From: Neoechinorhynchus agilis
Taxonomy: Eukaryota > Animalia > Acanthocephala
Assembly: GCA_051530055.1 (NCBI GenBank)
Contig: CM121343.1
Span: 2,140,389 to 2,204,388 of the forward strand
Direction: 5' to 3'
DNA: 64,000 nt
Part shown: piece after piece, positions 35,420 through 48,129 of the stretch
Position numbering within the stretch: the stretch's first letter is position 1
Layout: every line of letters starts with the position of its first letter
Notes under the pieces: model-generated
Told to the model about the DNA's origin: nothing
The model's database searches: none
The model's input: only the letters and a program-made list of their open reading frames with translations
Program-made: the position numbers and the translations under genes

Positions 35420-38400
35420 ATGTCATCAACGAATGTACACTCAAGACTTCTTGAACAAATTCTAGCCGAACTACGCCAGGTTTCTAATGACACCAAACGA
35501 AAGCAGCCACACATTAAGGAGGTTTGACTTTTTTATATTCTTTCAATTCACGTGAAATGATTATAAATAGGCGGCCGAGACTGCTTCTCAGTTAATTAGG
35601 CAATACCTTAGCTCCACAGGCAGTGATTCTGATTGTTCAACAGTCGATTCCATCTCGCAACTAAGTGGCGATATAATGAGACCTCTAGTTATGGCGTGCA
35701 TCGAAACAACTAAACAACCTCTCAAACTAATTCAAACGTGTCTCACAGCCATTCATCGTCTTGTCCAATATGACGTTTGTGATCATGTAAGTTCTTGAAT
35801 TTGATCTTCATCGATCCTATGAATTCAAAAAGAGTTTCTTCGAGTAACTTTACCCGTTTAAATATACTTCATGAAGCTACTTTTAACGATACCCATTGTC
35901 GTTTGTTGTTGTACTTCATTTTGCTCACGGAAACCAATTTTTCACTGATTTGTCCTCTTGAGTAGGCATCTTTGATATCAGTAGCGGACGTTTTAATCAA
36001 ATTAGGCCATCAGCAAATGGAGGAGTTAAGACTCATTCAGACAGCCTTATTAATAGTCAATGAATCCAATGTGCTTACTGGAGTTAAACTTAGCCAGGTT
36101 TGATCCCTTTCCTTTATTATTAACGTAGAAATTTTTTTCAGATAATTTGCTTGGCTATGAACATGTGTAAATCAAAAGATCAAACTTTAGCCAATACCGC
36201 GAATGCGGCAGTCAAACAAATGACAGTCGCGGTTTTTGAATGTCTATATACAACCGGTGAGTGCATCAACTTAAATATCCCGACATGAGTTTTCGTTCAA
36301 TAGGTAACGACCCGACCGATGCTTGTTCTCTACTAAAGGTAGGTCAATGCAAATAATCGAATTGTTTTTATATGGCGGAAAAATTGAAGCAATTTATTAG
36401 GTACTCTTTATCAAGGTTGTTTGTCAAATTTTCCGCCATTTTAAAACATTAATTAAATCTTCAAAATGTTATTATAGGACCTATGTAATCTGGCTCAAAA
36501 TCCACCAGCAACACTGGAATGGCTACAATCTCTAAAAACATTTCCACAGGCTCATAGCATTGACCTCATAAATATAATCGTTAAGAAGTATCCGGCGTGC
36601 TTTATCAAACACGAAAACTTGATGAAGATTGCGAGAGACCGTATTCTCGCATGTGTAGTGGATAATATACAACTGACCAATTCAAATGATGGTGAGACAT
36701 TTAGCCAATCTAATCGTTTCCCGGTAATGGCACGAACTGCTTCATTATTTCTAAATTTGGTGACGAGGTTAGCTGGTCATTTGGTAAGTCTATCTCAACC
36801 ATCGTAGCTTATTTTATATTAGCTTGTAGACGACCGAATGTGCGAATGTTACCGAATTGCTGTCAAAATGCATCGAACCAGAGTGTGTTCAGTGGCAAAG
36901 AGCTGTTGGAATCGAAACACTTCACCTTCTTTTTTATTATCATCGAACCTTGCCGTTTGTATCCTTTAAGACCTAAAATGCATACAAGTGTTTAATGAAT
37001 CTTTTTCTCAACTAGAATTCGTTGTTATTTAGAGATATTTCCGGAGCATTTCGACAACCAATCAATCTTCATTTCTCGACAATTAACACACTCACTACCT
37101 CCCGCCGAATTCCAGCTTTTGTCCTTCCTCGGCTGTCGCTATCGCGCTTGCAGCATTGCCCGTTGTACTGCCAGCGAGATATTTTTTCGAAGGAATACGC
37201 CTGCTCTTGAGTCTCCAGTTGCCTCTCTCAATTTCTTTGAGAGATCCTGGAGCAGAGTGAATGCCGAGCTGCCAAGCGCTCCATAATTCTCTACTCCGAA
37301 GGGGACAAAATAGTGTTGTTACAGTCCCTGATATTTTGCTACAAAACCTAGTAGCCATCATTAATATTGCAATCGATATATCGTTGGCAGTGACGAAATC
37401 ATATGAGAATAAATGCTTTGAACGAGTCAAGTGCATGTTGTCTTGAAAATTAGACAAAATATCAACAACTTGTTTCGAATTTCTCTTATATAAAAATTAC
37501 TCTTGAATTTTAACCCTTATTTAGTTTATCTTTGAATTTATTAATTCTTGTATGCAATAATCTCAAGAATAAAACATAGTCACAATTTACTAATTGAAAA
37601 AACTTTAGGGTTCTATTCCTCAACAATAACGATTATGGAGGTTCTGTGCTAAAAGGTGTCGTGGAGCGCATAAGCTCTTTCATGCATAGCTTAACAATGA
37701 AAAAGAATGTGGATAGTGGATTAACGGATTCTTCGTTGGTTCAAGATATCCTAGCTAGTGGAAAAAATGGCGAGCGAAAACAACAGCAGCATACATGGAC
37801 TCAAGTACCACAACCTCCGTCGTTTCTTTATTCAGGAAACTCATTCGTACTTTTGCGGGAATTCGATCCTCAAACGAAACGATCAGTAATGTCAGTAGTC
37901 ATCACTGTGTTCATTGTCTCAAGCTATTTATCTCCGTTAGACTCGAATCTTGGGATCGTGAATTACCATCAATTGACGAAAATCATTTGTTAACCGAGTG
38001 TTACTGCTGCCTTCAACAGCTCTGTTATAGTCTCGTTCTACTTCATTCTGACGATAAACAACCAAAATTGGCATCAGCTTTAGCTGAGAATGTCTGGACA
38101 GGAATTTTGTCTTCATTTCAGTTTTTGTTAGAAATAAGTGCAAGCAGCAAAATAGTTGATGATCTACTAAAATCATATGATCAATTCATTCGTCTTTGCA
38201 GTCCAGGATCGCGATCTAGAATAGAATTACTTATTTATTCGCTATGCAGATTATGCCTACCATCCGGATACTTTCTAACGTGTCTATCGTTGAGTGTCAG
38301 TCCGAGAGCCACCAACGATGCTGCTACATTTATAAGCAAGTCAGGCGGACATAGCCAAACTGGAATAAAGATACGTCTCTGCCGACTCTGTAATACTTGT

Positions 38401-41400
38401 CACGATGCACCTTGTAAAAATCCATCCGAAACTGATATTGCATTCGATGCACTTCAACCAATTGTAACTGGAATGGCTTTGACCGATTATCCAATGCCGA
38501 CCGTTGTAAGCTAATTGTTCAATATAAGCACACATCTCACTTTTTTGTTCAAAGGAATTAACCTATAGACATCTCAGTTGTCTATGCGTGCTAGCACGTA
38601 TGTGTTCTGACAGTGTGGCTGAATTCACCGATTTTAATATGTGGCATCAAATACTAACTGTTCTTTATGTCAGTTTTTTTAAAAGAATGACTTTCACAAT
38701 ATCATCAATAATTGTTATCATAGCATGCCTTTTGGATACTTGGGATATCACCTGATAAAAAAAACGGAGCCAAACTTATCTGTGAACAACCCTTTGAAAA
38801 AGCAATTAAACTTATCGACGATATAATCAATTCAATCAATAATGTTCTAAAAAATACTTCGTATTTATAGTATTTTTGCTATTTGTATTTTCAATTTTTG
38901 GTACTTTTTAGACTTCTGGATGATGCACAGTTTGAACGTCTATTGATGGTGCTACTTCAACAATCAACCCAAGAAGCCAATTTGGGACTTCATGCGGTAA
39001 GTCTTCCATCACAAATAATTTATCCCTAAAAATACAGAACGCTTATAATGATTGAGCCACTGTTTCGTTTTAGGCGCTGAAAAATGATTTATATAAAATG
39101 CTAATTTCGCGTTTATTATTCTGACTACGACATTTATAAAGTCGTTTTCTACACTGATCATTTTACTCGATAAAAAATTTTTGACGTCAATATATTATTT
39201 CGATTTAGAAAAGACACTGTTCCTTATTTCCTATATATTGCGTTGTGGGCGCATCTCAGAATAACCTCGAGCGACGTGCCATTTGGTGGAATCTCGTAAG
39301 AGATCAATTACTTCAGTTAGCCACCGATAGTCTCGAATTGGGCACTTGCGTACGAACGAAAGACGATCAAACATTCGTAGGTTGCTCAACTCGTCGTGAA
39401 GTTGTTGAATTTCATGTGAATATCTTATGTTCATTGATTATCCGATGTATGGCTACCACTGACGATGTTTATGAGACACTGAGTCCAATGTCACGTTTGG
39501 TCGAAACTAACGATCGACTGGGTAATCCACCTAGCTCTGCATCATATAAATGCCAAGTGGAAACTCACTTACACATTCTTAAGACTTATCCTTCTCGACT
39601 AGATGCTTCCTGGCCTCTAATAATCGACGCAATCGATAAATGTGCACGAGGTACCGATGAGGCTGAAACAAATAGATTGGCATTCTCATGTTTTGAATTC
39701 ATGATCAAAGATCTTCTTCCAACCGGTATATTTACTTCGTCAAAAGCATCAAACCATCTATCGCTTCTAATCGACGCTCTAAGTAACTTCAGCGTGCCAC
39801 CCTTACAATCTGAAGAAAAGCTACAGATAATTGCCATCAACACGACGCTTACAGCCATTGAAATGTTGTGGCAGATCGGAGACTATGTAGCTTCGAGTAA
39901 TGTCGGCAACGGGAATATTTGGCTTCAACTCTATGCACGGCTCTCTGATCCACTAGCTCTTGATGCTAGATCCTCGGTGCGAAAAAGCGCGATCCATACT
40001 TTATTTGCTAGCTGCTCCGTACACCAAACAGCTCATTGGACTTGTGAATTTAGATCGTCACTTATTTACGATATACTGTTCCCGCTCGTCAATCAAACGA
40101 ACCATATATTTCTTTTGCAATTTAATAACCTAACCCAAGGACAAGAAAGCTTGAATGCTTCATCCGAAACAATATCAACGGGCATCACTATTGTGAGCCC
40201 AACCGAAAACTATGAGTTTAAGACATGGAGCGAAACAGTCGTCGGTGCTCTACAGGGAACTATAGGACTCATCAGTGATTTCTCCAGTTACCACAATGAA
40301 GGTTAGTGGCGATGTTACTGATTTTATTAAAATTTTTAGAACTGCTCAGCAACGATCCTAAAAATTTGAAATTTATGGCAGTGTGAATACTTTGAGTAAA
40401 ACATTGCGAATAATTTGCCTAGAATTAAACTTTTTATCTCGAAATCTGTAATTGCGAAATTCTACACTTTTATTGTTGATTCAAATTAAACGGTTCCGTC
40501 GTACTTGCCAAAATCTCGTGCTATTTTTGTCGATTAGAGAGAGAGAAAATATGAACGTCTAAAATATGTATATCGGTGTTGATTATTTATTCACTAATAT
40601 CTTCAGTAATCGAAATCAGTTTTACTTCGCCGTGAATTGCGTCTAGTTTATTTTTATCTTTTTTAAATTTCCATCTAATGTTTTATCACTGTTTTAATAA
40701 AACTTTTTATTCCACATAGAAAATTGCACTTATCGTTATGTGGATGTATGGCAAAATTCTCTAAAATTAATGCAAAGTATGATATTGTCACCAAGCCATG
40801 ATATACGCATGGCAAGTGTCGAATGTCTATCTCAACTTTTATCAATCAAAACGGAAATCCCTTGCGAATATTGGCACATTATGTGGTCGTATTATAAGAA
40901 GTACGGATTTGAAATAATCGCCATGGCTTCGAAAAGGATTTCGGACGAGAACGACCAAGCATTTTATACCCAATACCTGCGGTTGTTCTTTAGTATTTCC
41001 CAACGAATATGGTACCATTTCGATCGGAGTCATATGAACACCTTTGCGAACATATCAAGGGAGCTTTTGCTAGTCGACACTTATCCGAGTACAGGATCGA
41101 TTACAATGAATCTAGAGCTTCAAAACGAATGTGTTAAATCTTGTGCGTTCTTAAAGGACAAGATTTTTAAAGAACCGCTGCATAGACAAAGGGAATTAAT
41201 CACATCATTGATTGATTCATGTCTCGAACTTTGCGCTTTGTGTATGCCGATAAGACCGGCTGGACTCTACAAATTCGGAGAAGAAATGATACAGTTTGTA
41301 AGCGATCTTTATATAAAATCGTACGCCGACCCAATCTTATCAGGTGAGAATATCCTTCTTAAAATCATTAAGGTTTGTTATCACCATTTTTCAACGCTAC

Positions 41401-44400
41401 TTAAATCTTTATCCGTTTTATTTATAGGCCATGAACGTACCTTTGTCCCAACGCATGGCATGTCCATCATCGTCGACCTGGAAACTTGGCCTCAAATGCT
41501 TGAATGCATGTATTTTGGCAGGATTTGACACGGGTAAGCGCGATGTTTTGGCATTTTTACTCAATTTTTGCGGTATTTTCGAACCAAAAAGGAATCACCC
41601 ATAAAAAATACAACATTGCCTCTCTCCTTAACTTTAACTTGAAAATATTTTCATAGCAGCGTTGTAGTTTAATTGAATTCTATTTTTGCATAGATAAAAA
41701 GGTAGATTATTGATTAATCAAATTACTATTTAAACTCAAAAATTGTCATAATGAGTTTAAAGTTCTATTTTCGTTGCTTGTAGCCATAATGTTTCAGGAT
41801 TTTTAGTCGACTTTTGCGGTATTTTCGAACGGAATGTAATCACCCCTAACAAATACAACATTGCTTCTCTCCTTAACTTTAATTTGAAATATATTCAGTC
41901 GCTAGTTTAATTGAATTCTATTTTAGATAAAAAAGTAGATTATTGATGAATCAAATTACTATTAACCCAAAGCTAATGAGTTTAAAGTTTATTTTCGTTG
42001 CTTGAATAATGTTTAGATTTTTAGTCGACTTTTGCGGTATTTTCGAAAGGAATGTAATCACCCCTAACAAATACAACATTGCTTCTCTCCTTAACTTTAA
42101 TTTGAAAATATTTTGATAGCAGCGTTGAAGTTTAATTGAATTCTATTTTTGCTTAGATAAAAAGGTAGATTATTGATGAATCAAATTACTATTTAAACTC
42201 AAAAATTGTCATAATGAGTTTAAAGTTCTATTTTCGTTGCTTGTAGCCATAATGTTTTAGGATTTTTAGTCGACTTTTGCGGTATTTTCGAACGGAATGT
42301 AATCACCCCTAACAAATACAACATTGCTTCTCTCCTTAACTTTAATTTGAAAATATTTTGATAGCAGCGTTGAAGTTTAATTGAATTCTATTTTTGCTTA
42401 GATAAAAAGGTAGATTATTGATGAATCAAATTACTATTTAAACTCAAAAATTGTCATAATGAGTATAAAGTTCTATTTTCGTTGCTTGTAGCCATAATGT
42501 TTTAGGATTTTTAGTCGACTTTTGCGGTATTTTCGAACGGAATGTAATCACCCCTAACAAATACAACATTGCTTCTCTCCTTAACTTTAATTTGAAAATA
42601 TTTTGATAGCAGCGTTGAAGTTTAATTGAATTCTATTTTTGTAGATAAAAAGGTAGATTATTGATGAATCAAATTACTATTTAAACTCAAAAATTGTCAT
42701 AATGAGTATAAAGTTCTATTTTCGTTGCTTGTAGCCATAATGTTTTAGGATTTTTAGTCGACTTTTGCGGTATTTTCGAACGGAATGTAATCACCCCTAA
42801 CAAATACAACATTGCTTCTCTCCTTAACTTTAATTTGAAAATATTTTGATAGCAGCGTTGAAGTTTAATTGAATTCTATTTTTGCTTAGATAAAAAGGTA
42901 GATTATTGATGAATCAAATTACTATTTAAACTCAAAAATTGTCATAATGAGTATAAAGTTCTATTTTCGTTGCTTGTAGCCATAATGTTTTAGGATTTTT
43001 AGTCGACTTTTGCGGTATTTCCGAACGGAATGTAATCACCCCTAACAAATACAACATTGCTTCTCTCCTTAACTTTAATTTGAAAATATTTTGATAGCAG
43101 CGTTGAAGTTTAATTGAATTCTATTTTTGCTTAAAAAAGGTAGATTATTGATGAATCATACTATTTAAACTCAAAAATTGTCATAATGAGTATAAAGTTC
43201 TATTTTCGTTGCTTGTAGCCATAATGTTTTAGGATTTTTAGTCGACTTTTGCGGTATTTTCGAACGGAATGTAATCACCCCTAACAAATACAACATTGCT
43301 TCTCTCCTTAACTTTAATTTGAAAATATTTTGATAGCAGCGTTGAAGTTTAATTGAATTCTATTTTTGCTTAGATAAAAAGGTAGATTATTGATGAATCA
43401 AATTACTATTTAAACTCAAAAATTGTCATAATGAGTATAAAGTTCTATTTTCGTTGCTTGTAGCCATAATGTTTTAGCATGTTTATCTGCTTTTAACCGC
43501 TTTTTACAATTTCGAACGCTCAAAAGTCCAAAGGGAACGGATAAAGATCTTTATTTTCCATTTCCTTGAGGATGCATAAAACATTCCATTTTTGAATCGC
43601 GTTATAATAGTTGGCTGGCCTGGGGTCCTGTACCATTTTCCAATTTTAAAAATTCTGTTTTGCTTGGTCCTTGTGCACCAATTGTCTCAATCGCGAGAGG
43701 TTTTTAAAAAGCAAAGCGACGGGGCATTTGTACTTTTTCCCTTTTTTCGGCAGTGGCCTTTTCTTCACTTCCTCGGTTCCTGAAATTGCGCAATCGTATT
43801 CGGGTAGGTAAACAGGAGACAGCCTCTTTCTCAGGGTACTGTTAATGCGCCGTCTGGTCTTTTCCCTGGAGCGATTTATTCTGGCTATCGTTTAGGGGCA
43901 ATTGAGCCGATTAATTATTTTGCTGTCCATCTTTAACCCCGCATTTGCATGTCGTCTCTTTAGTTGAACTAGACGATAAAGTTCTATGGGAGCATATATG
44001 CGACACGTTCACGAAATTCTTATTTCCCTACCCTCAAATGAGTTCAATGGTCGATCCGGAATACGTTTGTTACGATTGTATTGCAGTTGATGCAATTGAA
44101 CTTATTCTGAGGAAGATTCATGACGGACCGGACCATTATTGTACCTTAGCATCGAATCTTTTGAGTATTATCGTTCGCGGTAGTGACTTCAAGGTGGTTG
44201 CAGACCAAAGTGAAGCTGTTCCAACAACAATAACCGAGACCGAGGTTACTAAGCGACTTCATTTCGCCCATAAATGTTTTAAACTATTGTCTATGTGCGG
44301 TACCGGTGAATCTCTGCGATCAAATGGAACGCCCGGTGCCCGCGATGAAGAGTTGGTTAAACGAGAGCCGACTATGCTCCAACGCTTAGCAGCGCCGATG

Positions 44401-44898
44401 CTGGTTGAGCGATGTAGATCGACGACGATTTCATTTAATAAGGGCGGTGAATATTTAGATATCTAAAATAGAAATCATTGGCGAATAAGACAATTATATT
44501 TCGATTTGAAGCCGAGCAGTCATTATCGAATGCATATCTTTTGGACAGGTATGAACAATATTTTTAACTTATCAATGAAAATGTCTGTCTTAAACTCTAC
44601 AAGAAGTAGATACGAGGAATTCAGTGTTGCTGGAAGCGCCGTGATTGCAATGCTCAACTCTATTCTTCATACGCCTGGTATAAAATAGCATAGCGTCTAT
44701 CTTGCTCTTCCATCTAAATCTTTAGTTGATAAAACGTCATGGAATTCATTGGTTTCAATGTACGATCCGCTACTAAGGCTCACTAAGGAACAGCGAGACG
44801 AACTCGCTGATGTGAGAGCATACGAAATACTTTTGGCATTCGTGCCGTTCCTCAAGCAGCCATACGAGATATGCCCTAAAGATCACATACAACCGTGA
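35420..44898 (+). CDS. MON2: Protein MON2 homolog (Sec7/BIG-related endosome-Golgi factor), multi-exon
   Basis: N-terminus RLLEQILAELRQVSNDTKRKQPHIKE|AAE...PLVMAC...AIHRL. Also VWTGILSSFQFLLE...LCRLCLPSGY, SWPLII, NTTLTAIEMLWQIGDY, DARSSVRKSAIHTLF and WSET. Last exon ends ...DHIQP*. Confidence 0.9.
37055..37320 (-). mobile_element. CRE-like retrotransposon short 3' fragment in a MON2 intron
   Basis: Near-identical to 27770-28000 (cctcccgccgaattccagcttttgtccttcctcg); encodes FVPFGVENYGALG. Confidence 0.88.
41540..43480. repeat. Satellite array 5, ~240-bp unit, ~8 copies, inside a MON2 intron
   Basis: cgacttttgcggtattttcgaacggaatgtaatcacccctaac recurs at ~42270, 42510, 42750, 42990 and 43230. 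Confidence 0.96.
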
Positions 44899-45137
44899 GT
44901 GAGAAGAGTGAGTATACGCACTTGAGTAAGTGTGAGCTTTCCAATCATAAAAAAAGGCGATTGTGAACGAGTATTATGAACAGTGGTGGGTCCGCTCATT
45001 AATGACGATTTTTAAGCAGAGACAGACCCACTCATATCAATATGTCTTGGATTATTATTTTCGGGGGGAAAAGATACCGGGGAATATTGATTAGTGGAAT
45101 TGTTTAGAAGTCTACACCCGCGGTAAATGATTATTTA

Positions 45138-45180
45138 GATTAAAGACGTTTCGAGCGTCGTAGGGTTCATCATCAGTCAT
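45138..45180 (-). ncRNA. Hammerhead ribozyme motif with decayed stem II
   Basis: CUGAUGA-U-gaaccctacgacgctc-GAAA-CG-UC; three substitutions relative to the intact copies, two of them breaking stem II pairs. Confidence 0.5.
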
Positions 45181-45350
45181 AAAATACAAATGATTGAATG
45201 GTGCGTCGATCGACAATATTTCTAGATTCTTTTTATTTTTAAATTTTTGTCCATATGAAAGTTGTCTACTTTTAAATTTGGCAATGAAATCCTCGTTGCT
45301 AAGAGACGACATTACAGCTTTCCTTTATGTATCAACAATTAAAAAGTAAA

Positions 45351-45569
45351 ATGGCAACGAATACAACATTGAATATTGCTGAAAAGAAGCGTGAGTTAAC
45401 CAGCCCCAATTGCCGAAAGTATGGTATTGATTGGTATGGTTTGTTGGCGGTTGTTGGTTTTGTACTTACCTTTATTTTGTACATGGCACTTGTCGTTACA
45501 TATGTAGTGTCAGTATATAGCAAGAGTGCTCCTCGGAGTTCAGGATTTTCCAAATCATCGATTGACTGA
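45351..45569 (+). CDS. Putative 72-aa single-pass membrane protein, antisense to the HHR strand
   Basis: MATNTTLNIAEKKRELTSPNCRKYGIDWYGLLAVVGFVLTFILYMALVVTYVVSVYSKSAPRSSGFSKSSID; ~26-aa hydrophobic run; substitutions versus the 587-816 paralog are mostly conservative. Confidence 0.55.
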   Translation: MATNTTLNIAEKKRELTSPNCRKYGIDWYGLLAVVGFVLTFILYMALVVTYVVSVYSKSAPRSSGFSKSSID

Positions 45570-45621
45570 AAGAGGAAATAAATTTTGTAATGTTTATATG
45601 TGAGGTGCCGGGGTTTTATTT

Positions 45622-45666
45622 ATTAAAGACGTTTCGAACCTCGTCGGGTTCATCATCAGTTTGTTA
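45622..45666 (-). ncRNA. Minimal type I hammerhead ribozyme (left arm of a perfect 45-bp inverted repeat)
   Basis: AAA-CUGAUGA-U-GAACC-cgacga-GGUUC-GAAA-CG-UC-UUU. Confidence 0.82.
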
Positions 45667-45685
45667 AAGTGTTTTTATTGCTAAT

Positions 45686-45730
45686 TAACAAACTGATGAT
45701 GAACCCGACGAGGTTCGAAACGTCTTTAAT
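45686..45730 (+). ncRNA. Minimal type I hammerhead ribozyme (right arm of a perfect 45-bp inverted repeat)
   Basis: Core CTGATGA at 45693-45699, stem II GAACC/GGTTC, GAAA at 45717-45720, GTC triplet with predicted cleavage after 45724. Confidence 0.82.
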
Positions 45731-45747
45731 CGAAATAATCATTTTCC

Positions 45748-46479
45748 GGACAAGGAATGCCAACTGCCCGCAATATTGACAAAATTCGCGAACAAGAAGT
45801 TTTGGAAAGACAACGAATCCTTCCTTACCATCTTCACATGAACTTAGAAATGGCGGAGTGCGTTTATCTCACAGGCGCCATACTGACTGAAATATCTGCT
45901 ATGAATATTGATTCGCCTCGAAAACGACAGCTTAACAAACAATTCTTCCACCAGATTAAACAATATGAACGGCAACCCTTCTTTGGATCACCGGATACTT
46001 GTAAAGAACACGTAATGGCAGCAATATGATGTGTCAAAAATGCCGATTGGAATGGAGCATGCGATTTGCTTATCAACGACAAAATGAATCGAAAAGTGTG
46101 GGGACGATTAGCCACTCCGAATTTCCCCATTGAACAAATCCAAGCAACCGTTACAAACGCAGCCAAAATAGAATGCCTCAAGATTTTTTTAATGTGCTTG
46201 GCAACGTCTTATACAAACTTACGACTTAAGACGCTCTCTGATATGTTTGACCTTCCAGAGTACCTAGAGTATTCCAAAGACCTTCCTGTGAATACTACGG
46301 TCGAATGTGTTAAGCGGATTGTCAGTGATATGATTTCTCGAGGTGAAATAAGAGCAAAATTGAGTGAACAGGACGATCATTTGGTTATGCTTCACTCCCG
46401 GCAAACTCCGGTTGCGTCTTGGTTGGGAGTCTCGGGAAATTGCCTGAACAATGTACTTATTTTTATCGATGTTCACTAA
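45748..46479 (+). pseudogene. EIF3C: 5'-truncated eIF3 subunit C (C-terminal PCI region) with an in-frame stop
   Basis: GQG...EVLERQRILPYHLHMNLEMAECVYLTGAILTEI...QYERQPFFGSPDTCKEHVMAAI*...W...TSYTNLRLKTLSDMFDL...IVSDMI..EIRAKL. TGA at 46027-46029; the N-terminal half is absent. Confidence 0.88.
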
Positions 46480-46779
46480 TAGCCCTGCCAAATTGTACGC
46501 GTTTTAGAAGGATTCAGCGCTCCTTTGAAGATCTTCCAAGGATGTTGCTGGAGTTCCATTATCATCAGCGTACTGAAGTTTCGTTACATTGATGAAAGAT
46601 GTTTACGAAATCGACTTCAGACGTCTGAGATTGAATGGATCTCCATCAAATTTGTACCGGACTTGTACGTGTTTCGTCCTTTGACATAGTAGGACGGTCG
46701 CCATGGAGATCGAGAACAATGCCTGGGCAAGAACGCATCCTTGCTTTACTCCGGTAGTGATTTTGGATGCCGGGAAACA

Positions 46780-48040
46780 AGACGATCCATCCTCCGATTC
46801 CGAAATTCTTCGGGCATCTAAACCTTAGATCCCCCGGATCGCAAATACGTGGTTCATCAAGCGGTCGACACAACTTCCCACCTACCACAGTGGAGGATAC
46901 AAGTCGCAGATAAACTTCATCTTGGTACAAAAAAGACATGTCCGCTCTCATCGACGCCAAAGTCATCCCATACGAAACGATTGCAACACAAATTTTCGAC
47001 GTCTTGCGTCTTCGTCAGGAAGCTTTTCTGGCGTCGAAAATTTGAAGCAATAAATAAATAAAACACCCATTTTCCGTTCGAAAATAAATCTGGAATAAAA
47101 CATGAGGGTGTTGGGAAAAGAGGCTTTCCGTAATATTATGATTGCAACACAGCATCGACCAGTAATCGCAGATATTAACATTGAGATGCCTAAACGAATG
47201 CACGAGAAAAGCACAGGTCCATCGCGCATAAAATTGTGGCTCTTTCACGAAAAATCTAAAGAAATAGCTTCCCAGATAACATTGCCTTGCTGTGCTACAA
47301 GTAACCAAATGTGGAACGAAGCCAAGTACTCTATCCACAAATCGCTCATCAAAACGCTGGGAACTACAAAACCTGTAAAACGATATATAAAGCGAGACGC
47401 ATGGTTGTGGACAGAGGAATGAAAGAGAAGGTCAGAGAAAGGAAGCGAATTTATCACTTGTTCCTGGAAACAAGACGGAGGTGAATTAGGAAGTCTATCG
47501 ATCCGCCAAGCGGGAATCGAAGAGAACTGTAGCTATTGCTCGTGCACGACATTATGAAATGGTGAGTAGGAAATCGGATTCGCGAGAGGGGGAGCGAGAC
47601 TATACAGGCTTGTCAAATGTCGCCACGTTCAGACCATGGATATTGAAAAGTTCTACTGCATCACGACAGAAGAGTTCCCTCACCCACAGATCCCAGATTC
47701 CCCCAAGGCGTTGGAGAAGTACAAGAGGCAATCAAAGGGATGAAATAAGGGAAAGCAGCAGGACCAGACGACATTCCGGTTGAGTTGTGGAAGGCAAGAT
47801 GCTGGAACCCAACGCCATGGCTGGCGGTACTATTTAATTAGATCGTTGACGATTACAGAATGCCAACCGATTGACGGCAGAGTAGCCGAATGCTGCAATC
47901 ATCCCCCAATGCGGCTATTATCGCATACAATGAAGAAATTCGAACGCATAGTCGATCGGCAAATTCGTAAAATGGTAGACATAACGACTAACTAAACGGG
48001 ATTCGTCAGCGAATGTGGAACAACATACGCAATAATAACA
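46780..48040 (+). mobile_element. Degenerate RTE-clade LINE (end of APE domain to start of RT)
   Basis: IPYETIATQ/TQHRPVIADI, GPSRIKLW, aAGPDDIPVELWK and RLLSHTMKKFERIVDRQIR segments with frameshifts. Confidence 0.8.
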
Positions 48041-48129
48041 CGTCTATTGAAAACACAAAAAAAAAGATTTAGGAGGACCAATGTACCTTTGGATCCTCAT
48101 CCGTTAATATGGGAATATGCAGCCGAGGG

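Larger units (their letters stand above)
45077..45750 (-). mobile_element. Retrozyme-like / non-autonomous Penelope-associated unit: tandem minus-strand HHRs 483 nt apart plus an inverted HHR
   Basis: HHR cores on the minus strand at 45622-45660 and 45138-45180, and on the plus strand at 45690-45730. The internal sequence is duplicated at 484-1004. Confidence 0.8.
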
